Source: Moniliella sp. 'wahieum' (lineage: Eukaryota). Taken from it: DNA of 64,000 bases. Under the pieces are notes generated by a model. It made no database searches and was not told the origin of the DNA. It was given only the letters and a program-made list of their open reading frames with translations. Each line of letters starts with the position of its first letter. Positions within the stretch are counted from its first letter, which is position 1. The position numbers and the translations under genes were made by a program. Location: positions 124,001 to 188,000 of the forward strand of contig RSEE01000063.1 in the NCBI GenBank assembly GCA_003971905.1, read 5' to 3'. Shown here piece by piece: positions 37,437 to 50,091 of this stretch.

Positions 37437-37647
37437 TGTTGACCACCAGTGGTCTAGAGCCCATCGGCCTTCAGTGACACGTGGCCCGATCCACACAGTG
37501 CACCGGGGCAGTGAGTTCCGACCCTTCCACGGGTTTCCACTGGCCTCCAGGCCAGGAGCCTATCAAGGCCCATAGCTCTAGCTCTCCTTAGCTCTTGAAT
37601 GCCATCTCCATCGACCATCGCCAGCATCGCTAGCTAGGCCTGTGACA
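37437..37647 (+). repeat. 5' LTR of the copia element
   Basis: tgttgaccaccagtgg...ggcctgtgaca, repeated at 42487-42697. Confidence 0.97.
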
Positions 37648-37666
37648 GAGCTACAATCTGAAGCAC
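37648..37666 (+). promoter_or_regulatory. Putative primer-binding site complementary to an internal tRNA anticodon arm
   Basis: GAGCTACAATCTGAAGCAC abuts the LTR with no TGG. Reverse complement reads TCAGA-TTGTAGC-TC, i.e. stem plus 7-nt loop. Confidence 0.6.
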
Positions 37667-37794
37667 CCCACTGGCGCAAAGGATCAATACTCAGCACCAC
37701 CATCGGCGCCCACCGTCACCACCACCACCCCAACGCCACCATCGGCACCACACACCAACCAATTCAAAAAAAAACAAAGGAAAAATCAGCCACC

Positions 37795-40700
37795 ATGCCC
37801 CCGAACTGGAAGAAAACACCCCTCCTCCCGAAGTCTCTGTCATCGAAGAGGCGCAGGACATCGACGAACCGACCACCACCCCTGTCTCCGACCCGACCTG
37901 GCAACAGGCCCTCACCGACGTCAGAGACAACCTCCTCGCAAGCACCCGCGCGTTCAAGCCCACCAGCGCTGACAATCTCCGCTCCACATGCCGCTCGTTC
38001 GCTACGGATGCACACACGGCGGCGTATGGACCGAAGAGCAAGAAAACACCGGGCGGAAAGGAAAATTGGATCTACACGCTCACCCTCGCGTTGGAGAAAT
38101 ATGTATTGGCCGTTGAATTCACGAAGCCGCAAAACACCCGTGAGGCCCTTGCATCCGCGAGTGAGGACATGGCCGAGCTTCGCCACGCTGAGAAACGCGC
38201 GTCAAAAGATCGAGCGTACCAACGCGACGCGCAAGGACGCCTTCCGCGACCCCACCGAATATGTGCTCTGGGAGCCCTCCATCCTCAACATCCTGGACCG
38301 CATCCACCCCGCCGCGAAGGACATCGTTCGCTCCGGTCCATCGTCACCACACTACGACTCGTCCCTCGATCTACGCCTCCAGAACCTTCTGTGGTCCCAC
38401 CTCCCGAACGACGTTCAATCTGCCATTATTGCACAGGACAACGTTGACACGTCAGCTGACTTGCTCCGTGCCCTGCGAAACAAATACGGTACGGTCGACT
38501 GCAAGACGTATCATGAATTGTCCAGTCGCTTTCACCACTGCTACCAAAACCGGCGCAGCGGGAGCGCGTTCCTATCTGAAATGGGGACGCTCCGCAACCG
38601 GATCAGCGCAACCACACCGATGTCGGACGAGCAATTCCGCCGTATCCTCGTCGGGGCCCTCCGCGACCCTGGTGACCGTCGCCGCCTAGAGCACATGACT
38701 CTGGCGGAGACAATGCAAGACGTGGAGAGAATCCCAGCGGACCCAGAGTACAGAATTCCGTACCGGGGCCGTCACCCCCGGACCGCCAACTCGGGCGCTG
38801 GCAAACACGACAGCGCGGGATCCCAGCAGCATAGCGGGGGTCCTCCTGCCGGTGCATCTCCCCGTAGCGGGGGTGCTCTTGCGAGAAAGCCGTCCGGCCA
38901 CACCGGGGTTCCTTCGAACAACAAATGGCACCGCAACAGCTCCGCGCGAGCGCACATTGCCACCGAAGACGACGTCTCCGAAGGGAGACCCTGTCTGTGG
39001 ACCTTGCCCTATCTGACAAATAGGAACTCGCGGGCAACCAGGACATCCAGTCTCGTCACGACTCGGGCGCGGATCCTAGCATCTGGAAGGATCTCAGGGT
39101 ATTCAAAACCCTCAAGCCCAGCAACCGCTCAATCGAAATCGCTGATGGAAAACATATTAAAGCCAGTGGACGCGGAACATGTAGCATCGGTATCAAGTGT
39201 ACCGACGGCAAATGTATCCATGTAGACCTACCCGGCAGTCTATACGTCCCCGGCATAGCAAGCAATCTCACGAGCGTAGCGCAAATAAGTGACGCAGGCC
39301 ACGCATCCTGGTTCGCCCCCACCGAAAAGGTATCTGGTTAAATGACAAGCATGGCAAATATCACCAAATCGCGGATTCCTCATACAAGCTGAACATCGTC
39401 CCGAAACCGACACCCACAAACGAACACGCGGCCAAAGCTGCCGTCGCCACCCAACACACCGCAGCCAACACCATCGAGCACGTCATGTACGTTCACCAAC
39501 AGTACAACCACGCCGCGCTAGACCTACTCCCGACACTAACCGCCAACGCGCGAGCGAGCCTCCGCGTCAGCCCTGCCCAAATCCGACGCATCCGCCCCTT
39601 CTGGCATTGTCCCACCTGCACAAAAGCTCTGGCCAAAGCGCCCAGCCACCCTTCGCGCCACGGCCGCCGCATTTCGGAACGTCCTTTCGAAGTACTGCAC
39701 GCCGACGTAGTCGACCTCCCTCGCATCACTGGCATGGGACATGGATACGCCCTGGTCGCGGTTGATGACTGGAGCCGTTACACCTTCGCTGTTCCCCTAA
39801 AGACGAAAGGACAAGCCACGGCGGAGCTGAAAAAACTCATCACCCGCGAGCAACGCATCGGAAAGGACCGTCTGCTTCGCATCTTGAAGACAGACAATGC
39901 CCCCGAGCTCACCAGCGCACTCCGTCCGTTCCTTGAATCCGAAGGTATCACGACGGAAACCACCATACCAGGCCAAAGTCAATCAAATGGGGTGGCCGAG
40001 CGAGCCATCCAGGCAATCACCACACACGCGCGCGCCAACTCATCATCGCCTCGGGCCTCCCGACATCAAACTGGTGGCAGGATGCCTTGCTGGCAGGGTG
40101 CTGGACGCACAACCTCATGCCACCGACATCTCCACGCCAGGGCACACAATCTCGGGCTGAGCTGTACAAGGGGTCACCCCCACCGCTGCCAATGCACGCC
40201 TTCGGATCCTTGGCGTACCTTCACCTGGCCCAGGACCAACGTGACCATAAGCTCAGTCCGCGGGCTGTCGAAGCCATGCTCGTCGGGTACGACGCAGGTC
40301 GAGGTACAAAGGGTTGGCGCTGGGCTGTGTACGACCCGTCCATGGGCACGTTCCGATCCCAATGGGCAAAACCATACAAGTGGACCCAGCGCCAATACCA
40401 CGAGGTTTTCCCCGACCGCTTTCCGCCTGACGTATCTCGCTTCCCCTCAACCCCTGCCTGACAGAACTATGACTGACACTGAAACCAAAAAGGGAGAAGA
40501 AAAAATGAACAAAATTGAAGTTGCAAATCCCAACACACCACCGAGAATCAACACTGATACTGACGCGACCATCGCAAGACAAAACGACACCCATCCAACC
40601 ACCCCCACCACCAGACGGTACCCCGCCCGGACCCACCAGCGCCGTTTTGACCTTGACTGGGCACAGCTCCCCGTAGCGGACGACCCTCATGATGGTGACT

Positions 40701-42492
40701 TCCACGCACACGCTGCCGCGCTGCCTCCGGTTCCCCTCCCTGACGGTAGTCGTAGTCCTGCGATCGGCCTACGCTTCCCACTGCCCGACACTGCCCTGCC
40801 CGCGTACAGCGACGGTCTCCATCCGCCTGAATACAAGGCGATGATCGCCCTTAGCGAGCCAGGGCCGCACGAGCGCATCCAGCTCACCAAGGACGGAGTA
40901 CCTGTTGCACCCAAGACAATGAAGGGCCTCCAATCACACCCCTCATTCGAACCAGTGCTGGAGGCGATGCGCACGGAAATCGACACCCTAGCCCGCTACG
41001 GCACATTCGAAGTCGTCACGCCCCCTCCAGACGCGCAGCTGCTGATTGGTCTATGGCGCATCAACACCAAAACGGACGCGGACGGAAATTTCCTACGCTA
41101 CCGAGCCCGTCTCGTTGCCGGGGGCCACCAGCAGGATGCTGACACATGGGGACAAACATTCGCCCCTGCCGTGCGCACTCCTGCCATCCTCAGCCTTATC
41201 GCCCTTGCTGGAAAGTTCGGCCTCCACCTCTTCACTGCTGATGTGCACTCTGCCTATTTGAACGCTCCCCTCACGGAAAAAGTGTACCTCCGCCCACCCC
41301 CATTCTTTCCCGAGGAAAAAGGCAAGGTCTGGCGTCTCCGGAAAAGCCTATATGGCCTCCACCGGCGCAAACTGGGCGGTATTCATCCGTGACTTGCTCC
41401 GCGGAGACATGGGTTTTGTACAATCTCTGGCTGAGCCGTGCTTGTTCATCCGACCCCGTAAAGGCGACACGGTCCTCCTTGCCGTGCACACCGACGATCT
41501 TCTCATCGCCTGCACGTCTCACGCACGCTACGATTCCTTCCTCACTGAGATCAACACCCATATCGAGGTGCGGGGAAACGGCCCCCTACACTACCATCTT
41601 GGCTGCCAGTACGACACCATAAACGGGAAACTGTACCTTAGCCAGCCAAAATTCATTGAGGAATCCATTGCCAAACATGAGGTTCCGCCACCCCTGGTTA
41701 TGGGCCTCCCCCACCCCAGCAAGATGATCCCCGCGCGCACCGACCCCGAACCGCCCGCACTGCCCGCAGAGACGCGACTATCAAGCCAAAGTAGGATCTG
41801 GGCTGTGGGCTGCCCGCATGTGCCGCCCTGATGCGCTGTTCGGCATCTCAGCTCTAAGCCGAGCAACTGCCGATCCCTCCAAGGCCCACCGCGCTGCGGC
41901 AACAAACTTCCTCCGCTACCTCTACGGTACCAAGGGCTACGGTCTCCGACTAACACCCGAGCCTAACGCACCCGCTCTCGCGCTATACACGGATGCCGAC
42001 CTGGCTGGAGACCCTGACCAATGGCGTTCCACGTCGGGATGCCTGCTTTTCGTCTACGGGGTTCCAGTGTCCTGGAGGAGCGTGCGTCAACCCAAGAGCG
42101 TCACCAACACTGCTGCGGCCGAATATACGGCGGGATATGAGGGCCTCATTGATGCGAACTACGTTAAAAACATCTTACTGGAGCTCGGTGCCATCACCTC
42201 AGACGAGCCCATACACTGGTACTGCGACAACATGGCGGCACTTGCCTTGGCCGAAAAAGTGGGCAGCACGGGCAAACTACGTGAGCTGAACATCCGGTAC
42301 CACAACGTACGCCAGCATGTCGACTCGGGCGAAGTCAAAATCGCGCACATTGCTGGAAACGAGAACCCGGCCGACATCCTCACCAAACCAGCCACTAAGG
42401 TCTCACTCCTGGCCAACTTGCCTCGCCTCAAGCTTGAGGACGTTACAACCTTCCATCGTACCACTGAGACCTCTGGCCAGCGGGGGTGTTGA
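37795..42492 (+). CDS. Copia Gag-Pol polyprotein (split by apparent 1-bp errors)
   Basis: Gag ADLLRALRNKYG; protease DSGA (39060); integrase HQQYNH..CPTC, HADVVD, TDNAPE, NGVAERA; RT YRARLVAGG, DVHSAYLN, KSLYGL, VHTDD; RNase H YTDAD, AAEY, CDN, NPADILTK. Stop lies inside the 3' LTR. Confidence 0.93.
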
Positions 42493-42697
42493 CCACCAGT
42501 GGTCTAGAGCCCATCGGCCTTCAGTGACACGTGGCCCGATCCACACAGTGCACCGGGGCAGTGAGTTCCGACCCTTCCACGGGTTTCCACTGGCCTCCAG
42601 GCCAGGAGCCTATCAAGGCCCATAGCTCTAGCTCTCCTTAGCTCTTGAATGCCATCTCCATCGACCATCGCCAGCATCGCTAGCTAGGCCTGTGACA
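42487..42697 (+). repeat. 3' LTR of the copia element
   Basis: Identical to 37437-37647; preceded by cagcggggg and followed by the GGGTT duplication. Confidence 0.97.
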
Positions 42698-44371
42698 GGG
42701 TTGACTAAGTTGAGTCCTGCCCCCCATTCAGTTTTGTAGGATTGAAGTTGGAAGGTGCCGGTGTGTTTTGAATTGGTTCAAAACGTTCAAAGGAACCTCG
42801 CGCATCACCCAGTTCGTTCTTCAGTGTACCACTCAGTGTACTCAGGTGCATATCTGACCGCACAACACGACGCTAATGAGATCGCTGACATCGATCCTGT
42901 CCCACTCGACGCGATGAGGCGCGCAGTGATGAGGTTGTGAGGTGGGCTCTGAACTGAGATTACAGTGTACTCAGTACGCTCAATACTCAGTCTGAGTACT
43001 CAGTCCGAGTACACAGTTGAGTTCAACACTCAGTGGACGTGGAATTATCGGAATTATCGTTCTTTCCAGAGATCATCCCGTTCGCGTTCATCCCTGCTAA
43101 CGCGCTCCCGCGCGCTCGCGTTGCGGCTCCATCACACGCACGGAAGAACTGTTGGGGTGTATACTTAGCAACTGTGAGTTACTTCTGTTTTCTTGAAGGG
43201 ACACTCAAGCTGCCCCTCCTGCTCACCGGTCACCGTCGACGACCGACTGCAAACAACTTTCAAAATCCATCTTGCGGTTGGAGCGGCCACTCGGATACTC
43301 CTTGCGCTGATCCGAACGTGTCAACGACAGGCATACGACACCGTGACGCGTGATAGGGCGCAGGAGAAGATTTGAGTTTGCACAACGTTAAAGCACGTCA
43401 AACGTTAAACGGTAAACGGTAAACGTCAAACAGGCGGATCCAGAGGTGAGCGCGGGTGCGGGCCAGTGCGGCATGCGAAGCATCCGAGACGCGAGGTGAG
43501 TGCTCCGGCTGAGGAGCGCGCGGGTGCAGGCGGGGGGGCGGTGCCGCGGCCGGGATCTGCTGGGACTGAGACAGACACAGGCGCCGTGGGGACGGGCCAA
43601 GCCGCCCGCAATGCAGTGGATCGCTGTGTGCGGAGTAGAGCATGGGTGAGAGGGGGTGATCGGTGATCGCGGTTTGAGGATGGGAGGTTGTGGATGGGCG
43701 CAGGCAGCTCCACCAGAGCGCACCAGGCCCCAGGGCGGAAGCCCGGCGGCCGGCACTCGGCAGGCTGCCTGCCACCCTCGTGCCTCCGTGGGGCGTGGGG
43801 CCAGCGGGGCAGGGCAACAGCTGGGGGCAGGAACGAAGCTGCGTCGTGGAAGGCCAGCGGGTGGCCCTGGCGCGGGCGGGGCACTGCAGCGCGCTGCCTG
43901 GTGCCTTCGCATCCGGAGCTCCTCAGCACCCGGCGGGAGCCTGGCGTGGCTCGGCGTGTTCGTCTTTGTTGACGCACGTTGAAGTTGACGTTGAGCCGTT
44001 GGGCGCTTCGAGGGCGAGCACGCAGGCACACGCACTGGTCCGCTGTGCCCAGTCTGTCGCCCCACCCCCGCCCGCACGCCATGTCGTACGGCACCGCGCA
44101 GCACCACACCGCAGCACGCCGCAGCACCTGTCACATGTCAAGATGTCAATGGCAGACAGGCACGCACGGGGCCAGCAGCGGCCGGTACCTGCATTGCGGC
44201 TGTGCGGGCCCCCGCCGGCCGATCGTCCCCCCACGGCGCAGCGCCAGTGTGGCCAGCGGCGTTCGGCCCGCTGAGACGGCCGCCGGTCTCTTCCTGGATT
44301 AGCGCTTGGCCCCAGACAGCACCCTCGCCTGCCTCTCCCCGTCCACCCCCCCCACCCCACCTCTCCTCACC

Positions 44372-45829
44372 ATGCCCCATCTGGCTTCGCTTGTGCTTGT
44401 TGGCGGCCTGCTCGCTGGCCACGCCGCCGCCCATCTCGGCGCCGGCTTCCCCGGCCGCCTGCCCTCCGCGCTCCAAGCACGCGCCGCCAAGCGCGGCATG
44501 CAGCGCCGCCAGGCCGCTTACAACGACCAGACCTGGCAGTCGGTCACCGTGCCCTCCCAGGAGTGCACCCCCTACAACTACGCCCCCTCCTCGGGCTTCT
44601 TCAATGCCTTCCCCCCCATCTGGCAGATCGCCGACATCATGCACAGTGACCAGGAGGCCAATGCCGTCTGGGCCAACCTGCAGAAACAGGTCTCCATCCC
44701 CAACATTGCTCCCAAGGGCCAGCCCTTTAGCTCCCAACAGGGCACCACCTACAACATCGCCCAGGACCCTGACTGTTGGTGGACCGAGACCAAGTGTGTC
44801 CATCCCAAGGCCGCCGGCATCCCCCCCGACGTGTACACCTGTAACGAGCCCGAGACCTGGGGCCTGACGTTTGACGATGGCCCCAACTGCACACACAATG
44901 CGTTTTATGATTTCCTCAAGTCCAAGAACCAAAAGGCCACCCTGTTTTACATTGGGTCCAATGTGATGGACTGGCCGCTGCAGGCCCAGCGTGGTTTGAC
45001 GGATGGTCACCAGATTGGCGCGCACACCTGGTCCCACCGCTACATGACCGCGCTGACCAACACCCAAGTCTTTGCCGAGCTGTTTTACACGGTCAAGGCC
45101 ATCAAGTGGGTGACTGGCGTGACGGTCACCGCCTGGCGCCCCCCTATGGCGATGTGGACGACCGTGTGCGTGCGATTGCCTACGGTCTCGGTCTTGACAC
45201 GGTCATCTGGACCGACGACACGAACGACTGGAACATTCAGCCCCAAGGCACTGCCGCCATTCGGCCATCCAAGCCAACTACGCGTCGATCATCAGCAAGG
45301 CCAGCAATGGTGCCGGTGCTACGGGGGGTGTGGTGGTGCTCACCCACGAGATCAACGGGAACACGATGGCCATGTTCCAGAGCGAGTACCCTACGATCGT
45401 AGAGGCCTTTAAGTACCTTGTACCCGTCGACGTGTGCCGTAACAAGACTCAACCCTACCACGAAGCCAACTACGTGTACCCTACTTTGACCAGTACATCG
45501 CTGGCAACACCATGCCCAGTGGTCTGCCTCTGCCACTAACATCACTGCCTCCCCGGTCGCCTCGGTCCAAGTCGGCATTGTCTCCGCCAGTTCGCAAGCC
45601 ACGTTGAGCGCTAGCATCGGTATCTCTTCTTCGGTGCCTGCTTCGTCGTCGCCTGCTTCCTCGGCCAGTTCTTCTGTTTCCTCGGCCGCTGCTTCTTCCT
45701 CGGTCGCTGCGTCGAGGTCGAGCGCCAGCGCCCATGACAAAAGGGGCTGCCGCGGGGACCTTCCCGCTTGCTGCAGTGGGCTCGGCGGCGCTCGCGGCGG
45801 TAGGCGGTGCAGCTGCCTTGTTGATCTAA
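44372..45829 (+). CDS. Chitin deacetylase (CE4/NodB), secreted and probably GPI-anchored
   Basis: Signal peptide [50 protein letters not shown] motifs; Ser-rich tail and hydrophobic C-terminus (..[14 protein letters not shown]). Confidence 0.93.
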
Positions 45830-45942
45830 TCCAATCAACCTCGCCTTGGGTGGGTGGTACCTTGTGGACCTGAGTTGAGCTCAACAACTCCCTTGTCGTC
45901 TTTGTCCCTCTTGTCCCTCCTTTTTATTGTCGAGCTTCTGCT

Positions 45943-45998
45943 TTGATCTTGATCTTGATCTTGATCTTGATCTTGATCTTGATTCTGATTCTGATTCT
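45943..45998 (+). repeat. (TTGATC)n/(CTGATT)n microsatellite
   Basis: ttgatcttgatc...ttgattctgattctgattct read directly. Confidence 0.9.
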
Positions 45999-47105
45999 GT
46001 CTCTACTTAGTTTGTGCCTCCCTCGCCTCTCCTCTTCTCCTGTTCTCGTTTCTGTTACGGTCCTGTTCCGGTTACGGTCCTGTTCTGGCTACGGTCCTGC
46101 TCCTGTTCTGGTTCCTGCGTTCCTAACCTATTCCTACTCCTATACTCCAACTCCTGCTCATTTCATCCTACTCATCCCGCTCCTCATCCTTCACCTTCTC
46201 CCTCCCTCTTCGAACAGCATCCTGCACCAATCCAATCCGCCGTTGTCCTCCTTCTTGTGGGTGTCCTTGTTTTCCCTGCCGTTTCAGGCGGTTGGTCTCC
46301 GTTCCTTGTTTTTCAGACTGTAAGGGGTTTGTACTTAGCTCCCTCTTTTTTCGAGCTATGTTGTAGCTGTTTTGTTATCCGTCCGTTCTTTCACTTGAGC
46401 GCCGAGCCAGGCTCAGTGCTAATAATCCAAGGATGACAGACCAACGACGAAGGACAAAGGACCAACGAGGTGGGAAGGGCTGAATCCAACCGCGCTGAAC
46501 CTGTCTCCGTGCATACAGGTGCACCAGTAGTGGACGACCTGACTAATACGGCCCCATCCCGAGACACAGTAGATGTGGATATAGAAATCGATCAATCCAC
46601 CTGTCCGCGCCCGCGCTTTTCAGTACCGGGTATGGATACCGTTCCCGCTGTCCTGGCACAGCCAAGTTCCTCGAAAGCAAAGCAAAGCAAAGCAAACTAG
46701 CAAAACGAAGAAGCCAGGCACCTAACGACCTTCTCTGTCACTCTCAATCTACCGTGGGAGATGTGGGGGAAGCACAATGGGATGGCGAACCGAGGTAGCA
46801 CTACATAGGATGCAGTTATAATATGCGTAGGGCGTAACATGCAGGGCGCAGGGTGTGGGGTGTAGGGTGTGGTCAAGTCGAAAGAGGTCGACAGGACGAT
46901 GGAATGAATGGATCCAAAGGTAGAGGGAGGCAGAAGGCATGCGCCAAAGAACCCCCCAGTGGGTGTGGTATGTGCCGCGCAGGGGCAATACGAGCTGCAC
47001 AGGACTTGTCGGGCTAGGAGAGTGAGGGGCGAGGTTTGGTTTTCGCTGATCCCTAAGGAATATTGCGATGGGAAACGCCTGTGCACTTTTTACATAAGCC
47101 TCACG

Positions 47106-50091
47106 TCAGCCACCGGGTGGCGCAGCCACCCGTCCCAGCCACCAGCAACAATCGGTGATATTATTTCGTCTTTCCAGCGTGGAAGGGTTCCAGCGTGGAA
47201 CGGTGGCCGGTGGAACGGTGGCTACGGTGGCGACGGTGGAACGGTGGCTACGGTGGCGACGGTGGACGGGGGAACGGTGGCTAAGGTGGCGACACAGCAG
47301 ACCGGGCCGTAGGCCCGGTGGTCTCCTCGTAAAAAAGACGACGACGATGACGAGGCGCGGAAAACGGCGTTCAGTATTTGCCTCATCGGTCCCCCTCAAT
47401 CTTGGCCGCAACATTGTTGGCAGTCTCATATGCGGGCTGGGTCCAGCTCGTACTGGCCACGCGGCTGGGCACCTCGATGGAAAGCTACCCCGAGAGGCAG
47501 GAAGGGGTGGAAGAGGAACTTGTGCGACACATGGACGGGGGACAAGGCGAAGGCGACGATAAAGCTGAAACTGAAGTCGAAGTCGAAGTCGAAGTCGAAA
47601 CCGATGTTGAAGTCGAAGTGGACATCGAAGTGGAGCTGGGGCAGGAAGTAAGAGTGGCCGACACGATAGGGCGCAACGGAGGTCGCGAGGGTTGGGTCGG
47701 CAGCACGTGCAAATGGGCTTTGGGGGAGCACCAAGGGGCGGTGGTGGAGAAGGTGGAGAAGGTGGTGAGACGGAGGAGGAGGAGGAGGAGGATGGTGAGG
47801 TAGCATACGTGTCCATGACCATTTTCAACCGTCGACCTACCGTTGGTTCCAGCTCGGTCCCATCGCGCGACACTTTGATTGGCTTGTTGTCACGCCAAGG
47901 GTTGCGCAGCTGGCGCGCCTCATAAAATGGCATGCTACCCACCTGGACCCATTCCACTCGGAACGGTCGTCCCATCTGCACGGGCGGAGCGCCACGCCAA
48001 CTCATCTGGGTTCCTTCTTCGCTGCACGCCGTCGAGGCATACGTTGTCCGAGGAGCTTTGCACCGTCGGCCCTTGGGGCGCTCATCTCCAAGGTGCGCGG
48101 CCAGCGGCGGAGAGGTCACTTTCCCTTTGGGACTAGGGGCGGTGGTCGGTGTCGCCAAGGTGGCAGTGAGAGTGGGGGAAGGGGCAATATGATCAAGGGG
48201 ACTGTCATTCTCCTGCTGCTCGGCCTGCTCCTCCTCTCTAGTGGGACAAGGAGATGAAGCAAGACGAGCGTAGCCAAACCATTCTCCACTTGGTTGGCCG
48301 AGAAGAACAGATACACCTGTTTTGAGTGACGAAACGCTTGGTCCAGCACGTGCTCGTTGTGGCGCTGGGTAGTCCAGAGGCCCGACTGGACCGAGCGGTG
48401 CAGATCAGCGACGGTACGGGATTTGAGAATGAAAAACCGTTGGTAACAACGCAGGATGGGCCAATATGGGTCCCGAACGGTCCCTTCGATTTGGTCTGAG
48501 TGCAACCCCTTTCCTCCGCCTCCTGCTCCTCCTTGCCCTCTGCGGAGACCAAGCCGGCGTCATCCCCCCCCACTCCTCCGGTGTCCGTCTCCATCGGGCC
48601 AAGAGGGGGGTACGCCGTCTCGCACTCGTCCATACAAAGACGACGATCGTAATCCCGCACAAACGCTTGGTGGTGGCCCTTATTGCGTTGACCCAGCACC
48701 GAAGCATCCACCTCCTCTTCCTTCGAGCGCACGCGCACCACCAACGGCGCCTGGTCCTTCTCGACCGGAGGGCGTAGGTGAACTCCATCCAACCGCGTAA
48801 CCATGCGCTGCAACGCCTCGTGCGTGCGTACATTGACAAACGCACAATTCGTACCCTTGATAACAGATACGAACAATCTCGCTCGCCCTCCCGCCCGGCT
48901 TGGGAACCCAGCGAGACGGCTGGGTGCCCTCTTGTACCAGCACATGGTCCGTACCCGGCGCCGAGCACTTATTTTCACCTGTTCTACCTCCACCACTTGC
49001 ACCACTGCCGCGACCCGCATCGACCGGCACCAGCAACGGCGGTACGACGCTTCTTCGAGGAAATGCCACAGCTGGAGCGCGGTGATGCTACCCCCCTCCT
49101 GCCCTCCCGCACCGGGTTGGTTCCACCACGAGTCCCAATCCGACGAGGCAGACCCACCGGCCCGAGTCGGGACGTTCTTGGGCAAGTTGCCCACCCACAG
49201 TACATGTTCCTCAGTCCGTTGCCCTCCCTTCACCGAACCGGACGTGGGCGGAGGAACCAGCGTCCAGATCCGGATGGCAACTGTTCCGCTTCCTCCCAGT
49301 TGGGAAGGGAACAGTCAAAAGCGCGATCGGGTCTGGTTGAAGGGCTATTCGAATGGCTGGTCGAATGGCTGGTCGAATGGCTGGTCGAATGGCTGGTCGA
49401 AGGGCCCGGTTCAAGGGGGAGGAGAGAGGGGTATTACCCAACGCTTCTCCAACCGGGGGCAGTGGCTGCCCTGCCAGTGCTTGACGGGCCAACCACCCGG
49501 ACTGCGCATGTGCACAGGCACATCCTGGTTCCGGTTCCGGACGCGACTCCGGTTCGGGTGCTGGTTCTGGTGCTGGTTCGGGCGCTGGTTCGGGCATTGA
49601 CGCTGAAAGTGTTGGGGCCCAGGGACAGCCGACCAGTCTGATCGTTGAGAAGGAGGAAGAACAGCGGCGGCGGGGCGGGCCCCAAGTCCAATTCGCGATG
49701 GAGTGGGACGGATCGGGTGGGGACGAAGCACTCTTCCTCCTCCTACACTTTGTAGTGGCCCTGGTGTGTCGCCACAAGAAGCAGAGGAAGAGCCAAGAGG
49801 GGAGTTTGGCTTGATGAGATCATGATCCAACTCCGTGTTTTTTCCTGGGAAGAGGGCGGGAGTAGGGGTCAGGGGGAGGCCGTCAAAGGAAGAGCGAGGG
49901 CGGAAAAGGCCGCCAGCGAGGAGATGCCCATAGTATGGACGCATGAACGCGTACGATGGACGACGTACCTGTCTGGTGGGGCGGGGGTACCTTTTGGTCC
50001 ACGGAGAAGGCGCAGAGTGTCTGAGTGGCGCCTTGTGGTGGGTGGCCACGCCATGGACCGGATCATGGCTCCCTGGCCGGGGGGGGCTCAT
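47106..50091 (-). CDS. RRM plus YTH (YT521-B) domain RNA-binding protein; ends uncertain
   Basis: RRM: VLWVGNLP..LWHF..TNCAFVN..LVVRVR. YTH: RFFILKS..SVQSGLWTTQRHNEHVLDQAF..VYLFFSAN..GYAR and GRPFRVEW..LRNPWRDNKPIKVSRDGTELEP.VG. Confidence 0.85.
47194..47293 (+). repeat. Degenerate 9-bp-based minisatellite (ggaacggtg/gctacggtg/gcgacggtg)
   Basis: Units read directly in 47194-47293. Confidence 0.8.
49349..49401 (+). repeat. 12-bp tandem repeat (TCGAATGGCTGG)x4 within the YTH gene
   Basis: Read directly. Confidence 0.9.

Larger units (their letters stand above)
37437..42697 (+). mobile_element. Full-length Ty1/copia LTR retrotransposon (5261 bp), recent insertion
   Basis: Two 211-bp TG...CA LTRs, identical by eye. 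GGGTT target-site duplication at 37432-37436 and 42698-42702. Domain order gag-protease-integrase-RT-RNase H. G-run directly before the 3' LTR. Confidence 0.97.

Noticed and set aside
38980..39071. Possible gag-pol stop-codon readthrough (GAC AAA TAG GAA in the protease frame) or programmed frameshift
   Set aside because: Depends on where an apparent 1-bp deletion lies; restoring a base just before DSGA gives a continuous LVTDSGA reading. Not resolvable at this error rate.
43388..44360. Stack of overlapping ORFs on both strands upstream of the chitin deacetylase
   Set aside because: Very GC-rich promoter/UTR DNA lacks stops by chance; translations are not protein-like.
44138..45067. Long antisense ORFs (also 33210-34019, 48778-49641, 25751-26404)
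   Set aside because: Shadows of real GC-rich genes on the opposite strand; no independent motifs.
45943..46323. (IL)n hydrophobic ORF as a membrane peptide
   Set aside because: Translation of a TTGATC microsatellite in a pyrimidine-rich 3' region, with no ATG start.
47194..47293. Interspersed short repeats as a CRISPR-like array
   Set aside because: Units are 9-bp based and lack unique spacers, the context is eukaryotic, and there are no cas genes.
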